In this document: positions 63,361 through 64,000 of the stretch, piece by piece
Layout of the letters: every line of letters begins with the position of its first letter
Position numbering within the stretch: position 1 is the first letter of the stretch
Assembly: GCA_964016885.1 (NCBI GenBank)
Contig: OZ024741.1
Span: 384,152,001-384,216,000 of the forward strand
Length of the DNA: 64,000 bases
Direction of reading: 5' to 3'
Source: Eledone cirrhosa
Taxonomy: Eukaryota
The notes under the pieces: generated by a model
What the model was told of the DNA's origin: nothing
Databases searched by the model: none
What the model saw: the letters and a program-made list of their open reading frames with translations, nothing else
Made by a program: the position numbers and the translations under genes

Positions 63361-63567
63361 ATAAATATTTTTTTTTAGAAATGTTTTAATTGTAAAAAGG
63401 TCAAACCGATGGAAATGTGTAGATAAGATAGCTTAAATCTGATAAATTCTGTATTTCGTATACCGGTTTTAATGCAGATTTTTGACTATTTTAGGGAAAG
63501 AGTATTGCCGATCAAATCAACCTCACCTGACATTACATAATTGATAATTATTTTATGAAACTTAAGT

Positions 63568-64000
63568 GGCCAGGCCGAGATTCTGCTTGCTACTGATACC
63601 ATGTAACCCAGTACAACCTACTTGATAGTCGAGTAGTCGGTGATTACACCTCCCCCCTCCAGACCCTTGTCTGATGAAGAGGGTAAGTGGAACCCCAGCA
63701 GGTCAAAAAATAACAAGAGCTGTTAAAATGGTGGATGAACTCCTCAGAGCCAACGACTTTTCACCCCAACTATGGGTTAAATAGCCTCACCAACCCACAA
63801 TTGGCCAGGCATGGTGTGTACGGTTAAACCCCTGACATGACCAAAGCCAAACAGGAAGTGATGGAAGTCAACCAGAGAGGAGTTCCTCCAGCAGGAGTTG
63901 AAAGGCTCTGGATTGGATTGGAAGTGGACAAAAAATAATTCTGGCCTTAATACTGAGGATAATCAGGAAGGTAACAAGTTTAGTTCAGAACCACATGGTC
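63568..64000 (+). mobile_element. 5' region of an RTE-type LINE (runs off the window)
   Basis: Homologous to 11960-12412 (minus strand), including aagagctgttaaaa and gaactcctcagag. Confidence 0.55.

Overview
This is AT-rich, microsatellite-laden eukaryotic DNA made almost entirely of retroelements. The SINE families resemble, from memory, those of octopus, so an octopod cephalopod is an inference. I found no host protein-coding gene. Contents: at least five Penelope-like elements (PLE, RT plus GIY-YIG) or their relics; two full-length L1/Tx1-type LINEs, one with an intact 1148-aa ORF2; R4/Dong-type LINEs; RTE relics; tRNA-derived SINEs; hAT and pogo MITEs; and a 57-bp minisatellite. The most striking object is at 39157-43233. 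It is a non-coding array of 310-bp monomers, each carrying a complete type I hammerhead ribozyme (HHR), which fits a retrozyme or circular-RNA retroelement. Six copies face left and seven face right, forming a near-perfect 1.86-kb fold-back with a 9-nt loop, inserted in (TA)n. About a dozen further HHR or HHR-variant motifs are dispersed in PLE pseudo-LTRs and small (TA)n-embedded elements. These include a U3-A8 core variant with stem covariation. All structures were derived by eye and none was computed.
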